A DNA stretch of 64,000 bases. Origin: Eledone cirrhosa. Lineage: Eukaryota. Location: the NCBI GenBank assembly GCA_964016885.1, contig CAXHJY010001670.1:21198-85197 (forward strand), read 5' to 3'. A program made the position numbers and the translations under genes. Below, one piece after another: positions 27,776 through 41,586 of the stretch. The notes beneath the pieces were generated by a model. That model ran no database searches. It was not told where the DNA came from and worked only from the letters and a program-made list of their open reading frames with translations. Numbering within the stretch: position 1 is the first letter of the stretch; each line of letters starts with the position of its first letter.

Positions 27776-27824
27776 TTGCTTACAATTGTTTCCTCCAAAC
27801 CGAGGTTTGGATTCTTCGGAGCAA
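27776..27824 (-). ncRNA. Minimal type I HHR, U4C core variant
   Basis: ttgct-CCGAAGA-a-tccaaac(ctcg)gtttgga-g-GAAAC-aatt-GTA-agcaa; 5-bp stem I; AATAAA follows. Confidence 0.65.
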
Positions 27825-27835
27825 CTATTTAGTGA

Positions 27836-28340
27836 TCTATAACATACTTGTATTCCTGTCTGTTTGTTTGTTTGTTTGGTTGTTCACGAGCTACTCATAT
27901 GGTTTTGGAGATAGGCCCCATAACCATATATAATCTGAAACAACATTGCCCCGGGTATTTGGATAAGTATATTTCATTTTAATCAAAGGGTTCCCCGGGG
28001 GCACAAACCCAGGTTGAACATTTTTTCCCTTCGATTTATATGAAATTTAAACCATAGGTAAATGACAAGATATGATGCCTATTCACCAAAGTTTTGAATT
28101 GATATTATGAAAATAATTAGTTACGAGAAACAAAATAAAAATAAGATATAATAATGTAAATTTGATTCGATATATTACAAAAAATAATATTTTCCAGTTT
28201 TTCATGCATTACATTTTACATTGAGTAATATTGAAATGCAGAGATTTTCTCCATAAATTATATCACTGATTTAAAATCAATCATCATTTTCTTACAAAAA
28301 AAAATGATGTGTGAAACGTAGCAAGGCGCGGGTAATTCGG

Positions 28341-28344
<4 letters not shown>
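27836..28344 (+). mobile_element. Non-autonomous Helitron-like element
   Basis: Starts TC(tata), has a (GTTT)n tract near the 5' end and a GC-rich 3' end gcgcgggtaattcggctaa (CTAG-like); A/T insertion context. Confidence 0.55.
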
Positions 28345-28387
<43 letters not shown>

Positions 28388-28954
28388 GTGTGTGTGTATG
28401 GGTGTATTGATATATTTATATATCTATATATAAACAACAGTTGACTTTAGGAGTATTGGGAAAACTTGAAATTTGGAGTGGAGATCGAGCTCCAAACCAT
28501 TTAATTGTGAGCAATATTCTTAACCACGTCACGATGTTCTGTAGCTCTTTAGAGCAGGTTAGCCGTCGCAGCCAAGGCCATACTGGAGCAATACTCGCAT
28601 GGAGTCATCGTTCAATCGTAGTTAGATGACAAATAAATTCTATTTCATTAGATTCACATGTCAAACTTATATAAAATCGTAAGTAAATTATGAAGACACT
28701 TCCATTGGAAATTGGCTGAGAGCCAGTAAACTGAGCGTTGTGTCACACGGGAGAGATTTGGCCATCAACTACGGAGGGAATTTAATTAAAATAGCACAAC
28801 TGATGTACATCTATTAATTATTGAAACGAATGTAAAGGGGGCAAAAGGAAATAAATAAATAAATCGATGTGCAATATGACAACAGTTGTGATTACATTGA
28901 GAGGTGATAAGTAGAAGACTTAAGTTCGATTCCCAACAGATGCCCTGATGTGCG

Positions 28955-29036
<82 letters not shown>

Positions 29037-29090
29037 CATACATATCAATATATACATATATATATACATACATACATATATATACATGCA

Positions 29091-29122
<32 letters not shown>

Positions 29123-29189
29123 CATGCATATATATATATATACATATATATATATACATACATATATATATATATACATACATATATAT

Positions 29190-29228
<39 letters not shown>

Positions 29229-29241
29229 TATACATACATAC

Positions 29242-29330
<89 letters not shown>

Positions 29331-29345
29331 CCTACATATATATAT

Positions 29346-29394
<49 letters not shown>

Positions 29395-29459
29395 CATATA
29401 TATATATAAAATAAAATAAAATAAATAAGTCAAATGTTTAAAATTTGGCTTCGTTTATT

Positions 29460-29514
29460 ACTGCTATATATATTTCGGTGACAGCCATCTTTGGCTGTGA
29501 CTTCTTCAGGCAAT
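29460..29514 (-). ncRNA. Type I HHR in the inverted pseudo-LTR
   Basis: Reverse complement of 31431-31485. Confidence 0.7.
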
Positions 29515-29902
29515 TCCGAATTAGTGTGGTAGAGACGAGTACACATGTTGTTGAGGTGTATAATTTTGTCAATACTCTGATATGCCCAGTTCCTGGTTAG
29601 GTTGTTATTTCACTGAGGAACTGGAATCATATGAATTTAAACAAACGAATTTCAGTGCCAAAGGGCCTCTTCTCTTCTCATTGGTCAGTTGTTAGAACAT
29701 TCCTCAGTCAAAAGTCTATAGAAATTCGTTCTGAGGCAAGCCAATCTGTAGTTGTTGTTCTTTTTATTGTTAGGTACATCTGACCTCTATTCTTATGTTG
29801 GTAGTGGTGTTGTTGTTGGAGTCAGCTTAAAAAAAGGTGATAAAGTGGTAGAAGGAATAAGATGGTAAAGGAACAAAATAAAATAAAATAATCGAATAAA
29901 AT

Positions 29903-30445
29903 GTGTGTGTGTGTTATACCCATCTCAATGTTATAAAGATTTGTAAGGTCAAACTTGTAACAGACCACCATGTAACACCTAACGAGAACCCCAATCTAGG
30001 CACGCAGAGGTCGACTACCCTCTGCAACTGCAGAAACCCCGAATCATGCCCCCTTGGTAATGAATGCCTTAAGAAGAACCTAGTATACGGTTGTAGGGTT
30101 AAAACCCCCAACTCCGAAAACCTCTACATAGGAGCCACATCCACGAGCTTTAAAGACCGCTGGTATAACCATCGCCATTCCTTCAATAAGGAGGCCAAAA
30201 GGAAAAGTACGGCTCTCTCCGACCTGATCTGGAAGCTTAAGCTGGACAGGACCCCGTACTCTCTGGCCTGGTCCATAATCAGGAAAGTACCACCCGATAA
30301 AGGGGGATATTGCATATGCAAACTATGTCTGACCGAGACCCTCGAGATACTAAGAGGTGGAAGCGGCCTGATAAACCTCAGAACCGACTTCTTCGGGACA
30401 TGCAGACACCTCAGGACCGGGGCCTTCCTCAAGATATATGGATAG
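29903..30445 (+). pseudogene. Penelope-type GIY-YIG endonuclease domain (RT part missing)
   Basis: Open frame CNCR..CPL..CL..LVY.C.V...YIG.T...FKDRWYNH..SF...ST.LS..IW.LK...W.II...CKLCLTE...N.R...CRH. Confidence 0.9.
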
Positions 30446-31430
30446 TAGCAACACAATAAGATGTGAACACCCCTCAAGCTATAGGGACTTCTCCAGCACA
30501 TGTAGACACCTCTCGGCCAGACCTCCCTCAAGCTATATGGGCAGTAACAACACCATAGGTTGGGAACTCCCCTCAAGCCATAGGGACTAACCCAGGCTGA
30601 GCAGACACCATGATAGCCTAGAGATTGAGTCTGACACAGCCTTTATAATTTGGCCAACATCTTTATAACACACACACATTTTAATTTACTTGATTTTTGA
30701 TTTTTGATTTCTCATTATTCATTTGTTATTTGTTTTTTGTTTTCTTCACTTTATCACCTTATATTTATATTTAAGTTGAGATTGGTTATAACACACACAC
30801 ACATTTTATTTGATTATCCTTTTTCGTTTTATTCTTTTACCATCTTGTTCCTCCTACCACTCTATCCAACATATTTCTGACCTTGAGATTGGTTATAGCA
30901 CACACACATTTTATCTTATTTTATTTGAATCTTCATTTTTATTTTTCACTTCTCATCTTCATTTTTCATTTTCCATATTCATTCTTCATTACTTTTTCAT
31001 TACTCTTTCATTAATTTTTCATTAATTTTTCATTTCTTCTCTATTTATTATTTATTTTCTGTTTTCTTCATTTCATTTCATTTTATTGCCTTCTATTTCT
31101 TCATATACATGACAGAATGCCCACCCCCCCATCCACCCCACTACCAACATAAGAATAGAAGTCAGATGTACCTAACAATAACAAGAACAACAACTACAGA
31201 TTGGCTTGCCTCAGAACGAATTTCTATAGACTTTTGACTGAGGAATGTTCTAACAACTGACCAATGGGAAGAGAAGAGGCCCTTTGACACTGAAATTCGT
31301 TTGTTTAAATTCATATGATTCCAGTTCCTCAGTGAAATAACAACCCAACCAGGAACTGGGCATATCAGAGTATTGACAAAGTTATACACCTCAACAACAT
31401 GTGTACTCGTCTCTACCACACTAATTCGGA

Positions 31431-31485
31431 ATTGCCTGAAGAAGTCACAGCCAAAGATGGCTGTCACCGAAATATATATAGCAGT
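31431..31485 (+). ncRNA. Type I HHR in the Penelope pseudo-LTR
   Basis: attgc-CTGAAGA-agtcacagcca(aaga)tggctgtcacc-GAAA-tatata-TA-gcagt then AATAAA. Confidence 0.75.
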
Positions 31486-31629
31486 AATAAACGAAGCCAA
31501 ATTTTAAACATTTGACTTATTTATTTTATTTTATTTTACATTACTCCGGAGTAACGAAACCAACCTGCGCACTTCGTCGAGTGCTCCAATCTGCATACTG
31601 AGGTGTTGGTATACAACCAACATATACTC

Positions 31630-31707
<78 letters not shown>

Positions 31708-31709
<2 letters not shown>

Positions 31710-31885
31710 ATTGTTTCTACTTTTGGCACAAGGCCAGCAATTACTGGTACTTTATTTTATCGACCCCGTAAGGATGAAAGGCAAAGTAAACCTCGGCGGG
31801 ATTTGAACTCAGAATGGCAAGGACCGTAACTGTATGCGTCAAAGCATGGCGTCCGACCCTCTACCGATACTGCCAATACACCGTT
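31708..31885 (-). mobile_element. tRNA-headed SINE
   Basis: Same family as 18175-18365. Confidence 0.85.
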
Positions 31886-31973
31886 GGTGTACAATGGTGA
31901 GGTGTGTTTGTGCGTGTATTTCATTCGTTTGAAATCATATACATACAAACATGTATTCATAAATACAATCGTG

Positions 31974-32020
<47 letters not shown>

Positions 32021-32647
32021 TATTGTACATTAATATATGTTGATATACAATGGTGTGGAGTGTGTGTATGTGTGTGTGTGTGAAGGAATCTGTAACAGTG
32101 TAAGTGTGTAGCTGTGTGTGTAGTTGTGTGTGTAACTGTATACTAATGTAGCTATACAGGTGTGTGCGGCGTTTGTGTGAATCTATAATAACTCGGACAA
32201 ACGCTTGTCATTTTATATTAACAACACACAGAACTTTCAGGAAGATATCCAACAGTGTGACTCAATGAAATACGAAATAATATTGGAATGATAATTAAAT
32301 TAGTGGACCTTCACTGTCTTAGAGCTGTTTAAATACTTTAACACCAGAGATTACACTTGCATAATTAATTGGAGCAGAGCTCTTCCTTTACCTACTACAA
32401 GCAATATTCTGCTGGGAATTATATTTCAATCAGATTATTCAGAAATGGAAATCAATTATGATCAGATCAAATTCTAGAAAGTATGATTGTTTTTTTTTGT
32501 TTTTTTTAATAATTTTTTTTGACAAGGAAAAACTCAATTTTCTGATAAGAAAATACACACTCAATGATATTATTGATATTCGCAATTCGATACACACAGA
32601 CAACACACACACACACACACGCACGCACACGCACACGCACACGCGCG

Positions 32648-32729
<82 letters not shown>

Positions 32730-32872
32730 ACACACAAAAGTATGTTTTGAAACAGCGAGCAAGTTTGAAATTAGAAAATAGAAGGTTTCACCGTAATTTT
32801 TTTACTAAAGAAATTTTAGCCTGATAGTGGGGTTTAGAACCCTCAGAGAAATGGAAAAAGATGAGTATTGAC

Positions 32873-32919
<47 letters not shown>

Positions 32920-32988
32920 TGTGTCCGTGTGTGTGTATGTATCTACTTATATATACATACGTATGTGTGAGTAATCTATATATATAAG

Positions 32989-33101
32989 TGGCTTCTACAG
33001 GACTAGAACCTTTTCATTCGAAGGAAATCATCATGAAAGCCCTGGTGATTTCCTTCGAATGAAACAGTTGTAGTCTTGTAGAAGCCATTTCTATATTAAA
33101 C
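32989..33101 (+). mobile_element. Fold-back mini-element family A with decayed HHR
   Basis: Inverted arms tggcttctacaggactag.../...gtagaagcca; core reads CTGGTGA...GAAACAG...GTA. Confidence 0.65.
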
Positions 33102-33109
33102 ATTTGTAG

Positions 33110-33608
33110 CATTGTAGGAGGAAAACTGGAAGAGGGCATTTGCCCTAGCGGTCAGGGTAACCGTGGCTTTTATTGTGGGCTTTCTCCACGAGCAACCCTC
33201 GGAGGTCTCCCTCCTATTGGGAATTTTTCATTGTTTCCTTTTGTTACACTCTGTTTTCGTGTTTTTTTTACACGCAGAAATGCCCATTTGTATTGTCCTG
33301 TATTGTCCTTAATGTTATACTTTGTGTCAACCCTTATGGTTAATAAAGAAAGCATGTGTCTGTAAATTAAAGGTGGAAAACTGGGAGAGGGCACTTGCCC
33401 TGGTGGTCAGGGCCACTGTGGTCTTTTAATGGGCTTTCTCCACAAATGTCCCTCGGAAGTCTCCCCCTTATTGGGGAATTTTTCTTTGTTATTTTATTTC
33501 AACCTCTGTTTTTTTTACACGCAGAAATGCCCATTTGTACCGTCCTGTATTGTCCTGTACTGTCCTTAATGTCTACTTTATGTAAACCCTTGTGGTTAAT
33601 AAAGAAAA

Positions 33609-33610
<2 letters not shown>
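33110..33610 (+). mobile_element. Two tandem Tx1/L1-like 3' UTR fragments
   Basis: gagggca(t/c)ttgccct...aataaagaaa occurs twice; matches 38810-39080. Confidence 0.65.
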
Positions 33611-33666
<56 letters not shown>

Positions 33667-33994
33667 GTCATATTGATTAAATTATTCGCCATTCAAGCAG
33701 CTGTTTCTGCTTCTACTATCGATTCTCCAGCGGGAACATTATTCTTCTTTTAATGACCTGACCTCTCATATTTGGCAAATCTGTAATTATTAATGCACTG
33801 AATCGTGTTCGATATCGACAGCCATTAAGTCACTGCCACTGTAACTAGCCACAACTCGGAAGATTTTGCATTCATGCAAAACTGTCTCTTTTTACTTAAC
33901 TAGATATCTATTCTTTTCTTCTTCTTTTGTTGTCGTTGTTGTTGTGTATGACAGTAGGATAAAATGGACGGAGAGCGAAAGAGAGAGGGAGAAG

Positions 33995-34045
<51 letters not shown>

Positions 34046-34117
34046 CGAAGGAAATGTGGTAAGGAACCAGGTGGACCATAACGCACCAAAGTACTCAATA
34101 CTTAGGGTAGTAGAGTG

Positions 34118-34168
<51 letters not shown>

Positions 34169-34614
34169 ATGTGTGTGTGTGTATGATATTAAAAAGGGAA
34201 CAAAGAATCAATGTGTATGTATATATACATACACATACACACCAAACACATATGGGCAGTCATAAATGTAGTTAGATAGACAGATATATAATTATATATA
34301 TATATATATATATATAATAAAAAATTGAACAGGGACAGAACAGAGAGGCAGTACGACAAATGTTTATTAGATTCACGCTCAGGAGAGTGGGGGGTAGCTC
34401 TCCGTCCATTTTATCCTACTGTCATACACAACAACAACGACAACAAAAGAAGAAGAAAAGAATAGATATATATATATAATACATGTGTGTGTGTGTGTGT
34501 GTAGGTAGGTAGATAGATGGGAAGCTAAAAAGCTAGATTCTTGGAAAGAGACAGGGAGGGTGAGGGTGGGGTGGGGGAAGAGAGCGTCGGAAGGAGATAG
34601 AAAAGATGATGGTA

Positions 34615-34661
<47 letters not shown>

Positions 34662-35424
34662 GTGTATGCTGGAGGAAAATCGTCTGGGCTTTTTTTTTTT
34701 TCAAGGAAAATCTTGGACTCATTAAAAATATTGGAGTATATTATTATTGCAGTTTATATTTGAGTATATCGTTAAAGAAGATACCGGAATTAGCAATTTA
34801 CTTCCTATCTACGTGTTTGATTGATTCTGTAGTGAAGTGGAGCAGACGCCATTGTATGAAGCTTTAAGATTGGTTGAGAGTGTCGTCTGCTTGTGTGAGG
34901 GGGGAACAGACGCTATTGTGTGAAGTTTTAAGATTGGTTGAGAGTGTCGTCTGCTTGTGTGAGGGGAAACATCTGGAAAATTCCGATCATGGTGATTAGT
35001 AAGTGTGTAGTTTGTGTTGAATAGTGATGTGTGTATATGTAGTGAAGTATGTGGTGTGAGTGTGAGAGTGTATATGATATGCATATGTGTAAAAGTATGA
35101 ATGTGTTTCTGTGTATGTATGTATATATATATAAATACATGTATGTATGTATGTATGTATGTATGTATGTATGTATGTATGTATGTATGTATGTATGTAT
35201 GTATGTATATGTCCATTTGCATGTTTTAACCCTGACCAATTAAACCATTATTCAGCTGCCAGTATGTCTCAAATGTGTCCAATATAGTGTTATTTGTGTC
35301 GCCATGTTTGACCCTTCACTGGCCAGCTTCGATCTTTCCAACAGATCACCATTAATAAGAATATTCGATTAACGTAGACTTGAGAGCAATATAGCCATAA
35401 TTTTTACCTTTCACTGTTGTAATA

Positions 35425-35960
35425 TGGCGACGAATTGCCAGAAACGTTACAACGTCTGATAGAGTGCTTTGTGACATTTGTTTCAGCTCTCTGAGCTCTT
35501 CGAGTTCAAATCCTGCCGAGGTCAACTTTGCCTTTCATCCATTCAAGGTGGAAATATAAATTACCTCTCTAGTACTGGGGTCAATTCTACCTCTCTATCT
35601 CTTTATCACTTTCTATCCTTCTCTGGAAGAAATCTGCTGTGTTGAGACCTGGTAAGGATATGGGCTTCGACAGGTTTAAAAAATGCCATAGAAACGCTGT
35701 ATGTCAATACGACACCTTTACGACTCCACCAGGAGTTACGGGACCATACATATATAAAAATTACCTCTCTAGTACTGGGGTCAATTTTCCCTCTATATCT
35801 CTTTATCACTTTCTCTCTTTCACTTTCTATTCTTCTCTGGAAGAAATCTGCTGTGTTGAGACTTGGTAAGGATATGGGCTCCGACAGGTTTAAAAAATGC
35901 CATAGAAACGCTGTATGTCAATACGACACCTTTACGTCCCCACCAGGAGTTACGGGACCA
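35425..35960 (+). mobile_element. SINE with tail 2, tail locally duplicated
   Basis: gagttcaaatcctgccgaggtcaactttgcctttcatcc followed by ~200 bp repeated twice. Confidence 0.7.
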
Positions 35961-35984
35961 TATATACATACATATACATAATAT

Positions 35985-36590
35985 GAAAGAGTACTGGTGG
36001 AATGTTCCAGTAAAAACCCCAATAAAATGCAGGCATAACAGACCTGATATAATGATATGGGACAGGGAAAAGAAGGCATGCACGGTTGTGGAAGTTAGCT
36101 GCTCAACAAATGCCAATATAATATTAAAGATTAGTGAAAAGGAGAATATCTATGCAGAACTAATGCGAATCTACAGATACTCCACCCTGACTATACCTTC
36201 AAATTATGCCTGTGTTATTGGGGCACTGGGATATGTTAGTAACTGCCTCAGTACAAATCTTGAGAAGCTGGGCTTCACAGGAACAGAAAGAACACGACTA
36301 GTTAGAAAATTACAAGTACAATCCATTAATGGAACAGTAAAAATATGTAAAACATTCCAAAAATTCTGCATCTAATAACTGCATATACATTTGTACAGAT
36401 ACAAAGCATATTCACATGTACACATAACTCAAAACATCCACATCCACACATACAATAACATCCATACCTGCACACACATGCAGAGATGCATACATATCTA
36501 TCTAGTTGATGTTGTTTAAATCCCAATGAGAGAGTCATGTGTCTATGTTAGAAACCGACTCTCTCTCTATTGGCAAACATTTATAAAATT
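35985..36590 (+). pseudogene. RLE-type (R4/NeSL-like) retrotransposon endonuclease domain and 3' UTR
   Basis: WWNVPVKT...HNRPDIMIWD...VVEVSC...EKENIY...VIGALGYV...LQVQSINGTVKICKTF; PD-(D/E)xK-type restriction-like endonuclease. Confidence 0.85.
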
Positions 36591-36861
36591 ATAAAACCAG
36601 AAGAATATACATACATACATGCATGCATACACACATACACACACATACCGTAATATTTGAAAGTGCGTGGTTTAGTGGATAGAGAGCTGGATTCTCAATC
36701 TGAATCGGCCATCGCCTTTCTCTTGGACAACATGGATGACGTGGAGAAGGAAGACTGGTATGCATGGACGACTGCTGGTCTTCCATAAACAATCTTTCCT
36801 CGGAAAGGAACTTTTTTGGTGTAAATCCCTTTGTCGGTCGCAACCGAAGGATATTTTTTAA

Positions 36862-37066
36862 CCCTTTAGCATTTAAACCGGCCGTATCCGGCCAGATTTC
36901 TCTCACCTCTTTCTATTCAAACTGGCTTTAATTGGCCACTCATACTGATGTTAAGGTACTGTTCTCAAAATAGATATCAAAATCTCATAGATTCGATATT
37001 ATGTGAAATAAAGTCTTCACCAAAAAAATATAATAGTATATATAGAGTAATGTGAATGCTAAAGGA
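36862..37066. mobile_element. piggyBac-like MITE
   Basis: TTAA-ccctttagcattt...aatgctaaagga-TTAA; second copy at 60128-60357. Confidence 0.75.
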
Positions 37067-37079
37067 TTAAAGCATTAAA

Positions 37080-37600
37080 TATTTCTGTTAGCATTTTACG
37101 TGTCTCTGTTAAGTATTTTAACCTGCATTTAGGATCTTATAACTTCTAGTTGTTTTCATTTGTTTGTTTTATTCTGTGATTCTGGATTATTTCTTGTGAT
37201 GTTATATTCTCGTGATTGTTGAAGTGCTTCGTTCGTTGGTTTAAACAATTTCATCCATACTGCTGTTCATACTCCTCTCCAGAATTTTCCCTTTTCTTGC
37301 TGTTGTTTCTCAATTGATATCTGCTTTATTTAAAACCAAGTTCTTGATAAAATCATTTTGGGTTAGAGTTAGACAGTTTGTTTAGTTCAAAGAATCGTTG
37401 TCGTTTTTCATACCGATGGATTCTTTGTAATTTAGCTAGGATCTCTTGTTTCAGTCTTTCTTTGATTTATAGTACTTCTTTTATATTAGATTTCTAAAGC
37501 ATTTGTCTCTCCATTCCGGTTATTTCTTTTCCTTAATGATTTCACTAACGATTCAAAGAATTTTTTCTTTCCTGTCCTTTCCTGTATGTTTGGTTTTCAT
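37080..37600 (-). pseudogene. Highly decayed R4/Dong-like ORF fragment
   Basis: Minus strand gives QRFFELNKL..NPK*FYQEL and FWRGV*, resembling the region preceding the RT in these elements. Confidence 0.4.
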
Positions 37601-38167
37601 GTTTGTTCGGATTCTCATATTCCCATATGAGAAGTTCTGAGGAAATAACCAATTTTCTTTGTAACAAACGTGACTTCTACTTATATTATTTCGTTCAACC
37701 CGGAGATATTGATGGATATTTTATTTTGTACATTTATATTTTAATTTTTTATATTTTATTTTTTATTTTTTACATTTTTGTTGTTTGTTTTGCCTTCGTT
37801 ATTTGTTATGTATTTTTCCTTTTAAGTGTATTTTTATTATTTACTTTCAATTTTCGATATGTTTTGTTGACGTTGAGAATATATTTTCCTAAGTCAGCTC
37901 GTCTGTTTGTGTCCATTGCTACGTATAGATCAGAATTATTCTCATTCCCTTCAGCCACTCTCATGTTAATTTCAGAAGCAGGCAGTTTTGTTGAGTGAAT
38001 CAACAGGAGCACTTGTCGTCGAAAACGACGGCGGGTCCAACAACAACCACACACACATGCGCGCGCGCGCGCCTGTGTGTGTCTTTGTGTGTATATATAC
38101 GTATTTTCCTGTATATATATACGGCTTTCAAGGTATCCGATCCAGTGCAGATATTATTACTATTATT

Positions 38168-39076
38168 GGGCTAGTGGAGGGGAAGAGCGACGACGTTCCC
38201 CGGGAGACCCTGGAGGTCGAAGACGATCAGCTGTTCGCTCTCTTCAAGAGAACTTTCAGTCCGGGGCCTATGGACAACTTTCAGAAATCCCTGGCCTGGC
38301 AGTGCTACGGGGAGCGTTGCCGGTTCGAGATAAGCTCTACAGGCACGGAAGTGCTGTCAGCCGAACCTGACCGTGATGCGCGCAGGGCGACGAAACCGTT
38401 GTGCACGCACTCGTTCAGTGTCTGAGCATTGCTGACTTGTGGAGCTATGTCGAACAGTTGCTGTCACGTGTAGGGCGGATCCGGTTATCGATTGAGTCCA
38501 TTGTGCAGATAGCCCCACCGTCCTCCTTTAAGGAGGAGGAAGGGCAGGCAGTTTTCATCTGCCTGGTTGTCATGGCGAAAGAGATTGTATGGTGGATAAG
38601 GTTGAAAGGATTGAAGACGGACACTTTCCTCTTCGGCGAATCCCTGATTGACTTTTTCAAGTTTCACTTGAAGAGGAAAATCAGGGTGGAAAGGTAGTTG
38701 CTGTCTTCTAGTAAGTTTGTTGACAGGTGGGTGAAAGTGACGAATCTGGTCCGAAGGAGCAGGCTCGTTCAGAGTATGCGCCTGTAGAGTGAGGAGTGGG
38801 AGAACTGAGAGAGGGCGCTTGCCCTGGTGGTCAGGGTGGCCGTGGTGATTTGCGTGGTTTTCACCACAAGTGATCCTTGGAGGTTTCCCCCTTTTTTTTT
38901 GGTGGGGGGGGGGGGGGGGGGAATTTTTGTTGTTTGAATTTTTTTAATTTGTTTTTACACATTTCTATCTTCTTGTTATAACTTTTTCACACGGCCAAAA
39001 CCCACTTTGTATCGTCCTGTACCGTTCTGTGCCGTCTGTAATGTTTTTCTTCATGTTAGCCCTTGTGGCCAATAAA

Positions 39077-39080
<4 letters not shown>
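38168..39080 (+). pseudogene. Tx1/L1-clade LINE 3' fragment with zf-RVT-like region
   Basis: QKSLAWQCY/GALPVRDKL...ETVVHALVQC..IADLW...MAKEIVWW.R; frameshifted; 3' UTR ends aataaagaaa then (TAA)n. Confidence 0.8.
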
Positions 39081-39121
<41 letters not shown>

Positions 39122-39587
39122 TTTTACAGCATAGAGTTATGGCCCACTGCGCTCTGTGTTCAAATCCCGCCAAGGTTAACTTCATCCTTTACGGGCTGGT
39201 CTATAAGATAAAGCTCCAGTAACACACTGGGGTCGATTTAATCGACTTTCCTCCTCTCCCCAAAATTGCTGGCCTTGTGCCAAAAGTAGAAACAACTATT
39301 ATTCCTAGAAACCGTGTATGTTTACTGTGTCTTTAATCGGAAATAAGATACACGTTCTTTAAACTTAAATCCCTTTATTGATGTTACACGAGTCAGAAAT
39401 GGACAAATAATTATCGGATTAAAGAATGAGAAACTTTAAACCGATCGATGGAATTATCCCGGTTCAGCTTTAAGAAAGAAACCAGCATTAAAAACATAAT
39501 TTAGCAAAACAGCACTGAAAGAAACATCGTGTTTGTTGTTGTTATTGTTGTTGTTATTATTATTGAAAAAAGTCGTCGTCGTCGTCA

Positions 39588-39885
39588 GGTTCTTCTTCTT
39601 CTTCTTCTTCTTCTTCTTCTTCTTCTTCTTCTTCTTCTTCTTCTTCTTCTTCTTCTTTTTCCATTTTTTCATTTTTTATTTTTCTTCTTCTTTTCTTCTT
39701 CTTCTTCTTCTTCTTCTTCTTCTTCTTCTTCTTCTTCTTCTTCTTCTTCTTTTTTCATTTTTTTCATTTTTTATTTTTCTTCTTCTTCTTCTTCTTCTTC
39801 TTCTTCTTCTTCTTCTTCTTCTTCTTCTTCTTCTTCTTTTTTCTTCTTCTTCTTCTTCTTCTTCTTCTTCTTCTTCTTCTTCTTC
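39588..39885. repeat. (CTT)n microsatellite
   Basis: Direct reading. Confidence 0.95.
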
Positions 39886-40235
39886 TCCCTCCTCCCCTTC
39901 CCCTTCGTCGATTCCTCTCTCTATTTATAGATTCACTTCATAGTTTTACTTCATAGCTGGGATCAAAAGATACAGCTTAAATACACTTGTGGACACAAAA
40001 AGGTGATGTTAGAGCGAGGGAGAAGAAGAAGAGAGTAGCAGCGACGTTTCTCCTGTAAGTGCGTTCGTCAGCATTATCTATACAATATATACAGAAATAT
40101 CGATTACTATTGCAAATATCGATGATTGTCAATGATTATACTATTTTTTTTTGTACATTTATATTTTAATTTTTTATATTTTATTTTTTATTTTTTACAT
40201 TTTTGTTGTTTGTTTTGTATACACACACACACACA

Positions 40236-40364
<129 letters not shown>

Positions 40365-40624
40365 GTATATGTATACATACACACACACACTCACAATGAT
40401 TATACTATTGTATCAACACAGTGTGGGTTATGAATGAACAAATATTCATACTTATTTAGTGTCTCGTGTGAATGCTAGGTCGCATGATCTGCAGCTTGTA
40501 ATTATAGGCGGCGGAAGGGGGATGGGCGTTTTATCAAATTGTCGTAAAGGTGTGGAAAGGAAATCATGGAGATCTTGAAGTCGACAACTGATGAGATGAA
40601 TGTTTCGAGGTGCAAACTATGTGT

Positions 40625-40667
<43 letters not shown>

Positions 40668-40733
40668 ATATATATAAAATATATATACATATATATGATA
40701 TAGATATATGCATAGATATATAATGTATATGTT

Positions 40734-40806
<73 letters not shown>

Positions 40807-40949
40807 ATATATATAAAATATATATACATATATATGATATATATATATACATAGATATATAATGTATATGTGTGTGTGTGTATATATATAAAATATATAT
40901 ACATATATATGATATAGATATATACATAGATATATAATGTATATGTTTG

Positions 40950-41001
<52 letters not shown>

Positions 41002-41070
41002 CAAGTATGACCCCGACGGCAGAGCTCAAGCCGTTTCGACGGCTAATGGTTCCTTACCACATTTCCTTCG

Positions 41071-41121
<51 letters not shown>

Positions 41122-41140
41122 GATATATAATATATATGTT

Positions 41141-41172
<32 letters not shown>

Positions 41173-41307
41173 AATAATTTCGTTTAATACACAAAATATC
41201 GATCATATTATCTAGCAATCGTTCGATGACAAATCAGTTGTGAAAAACCAGAACTGGGCAAGGTCTAGACAGCGGTAAATATTACCTAGACAAAACGTTT
41301 TCAAGAC

Positions 41308-41359
<52 letters not shown>

Positions 41360-41393
41360 TATATATATATGTATACACACACACCCTCATGTG

Positions 41394-41435
<42 letters not shown>

Positions 41436-41436
41436 T

Positions 41437-41560
41437 ATCCCGGGTTCAATCGGGAGTAACAATAGTAAGTAAGGTACTCAATGCATAGTAGAGTATAAAT
41501 ATTTAATAGGGAAATGGCTTCTACAGGACTAGAACTGTTTCATTCGAAGGAAATCATCGA
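41437..41560 (-). mobile_element. Family A mini-element truncated within the HHR core
   Basis: Homologous to 50040-50170. Confidence 0.65.
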
Positions 41561-41586
41561 AATATATATATATATATATATATATA

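Larger units (their letters stand above)
29405..31630 (+). mobile_element. 5'-truncated Penelope-like retroelement with inverted pseudo-LTR
   Basis: ~29405-29805 is the reverse complement of ~31140-31540; internal GIY-YIG frame; HHR in each repeat. Confidence 0.88.

Noticed and set aside
37720-40217. ~70-bp T-rich direct repeat at 37720 and 40148 as element termini
   Set aside because: Low complexity, and the intervening sequence is a patchwork of unrelated repeats.
40485-40578. [11 protein letters not shown] Rossmann-like motif
   Set aside because: Short frame that stops soon after, with no supporting exon context.
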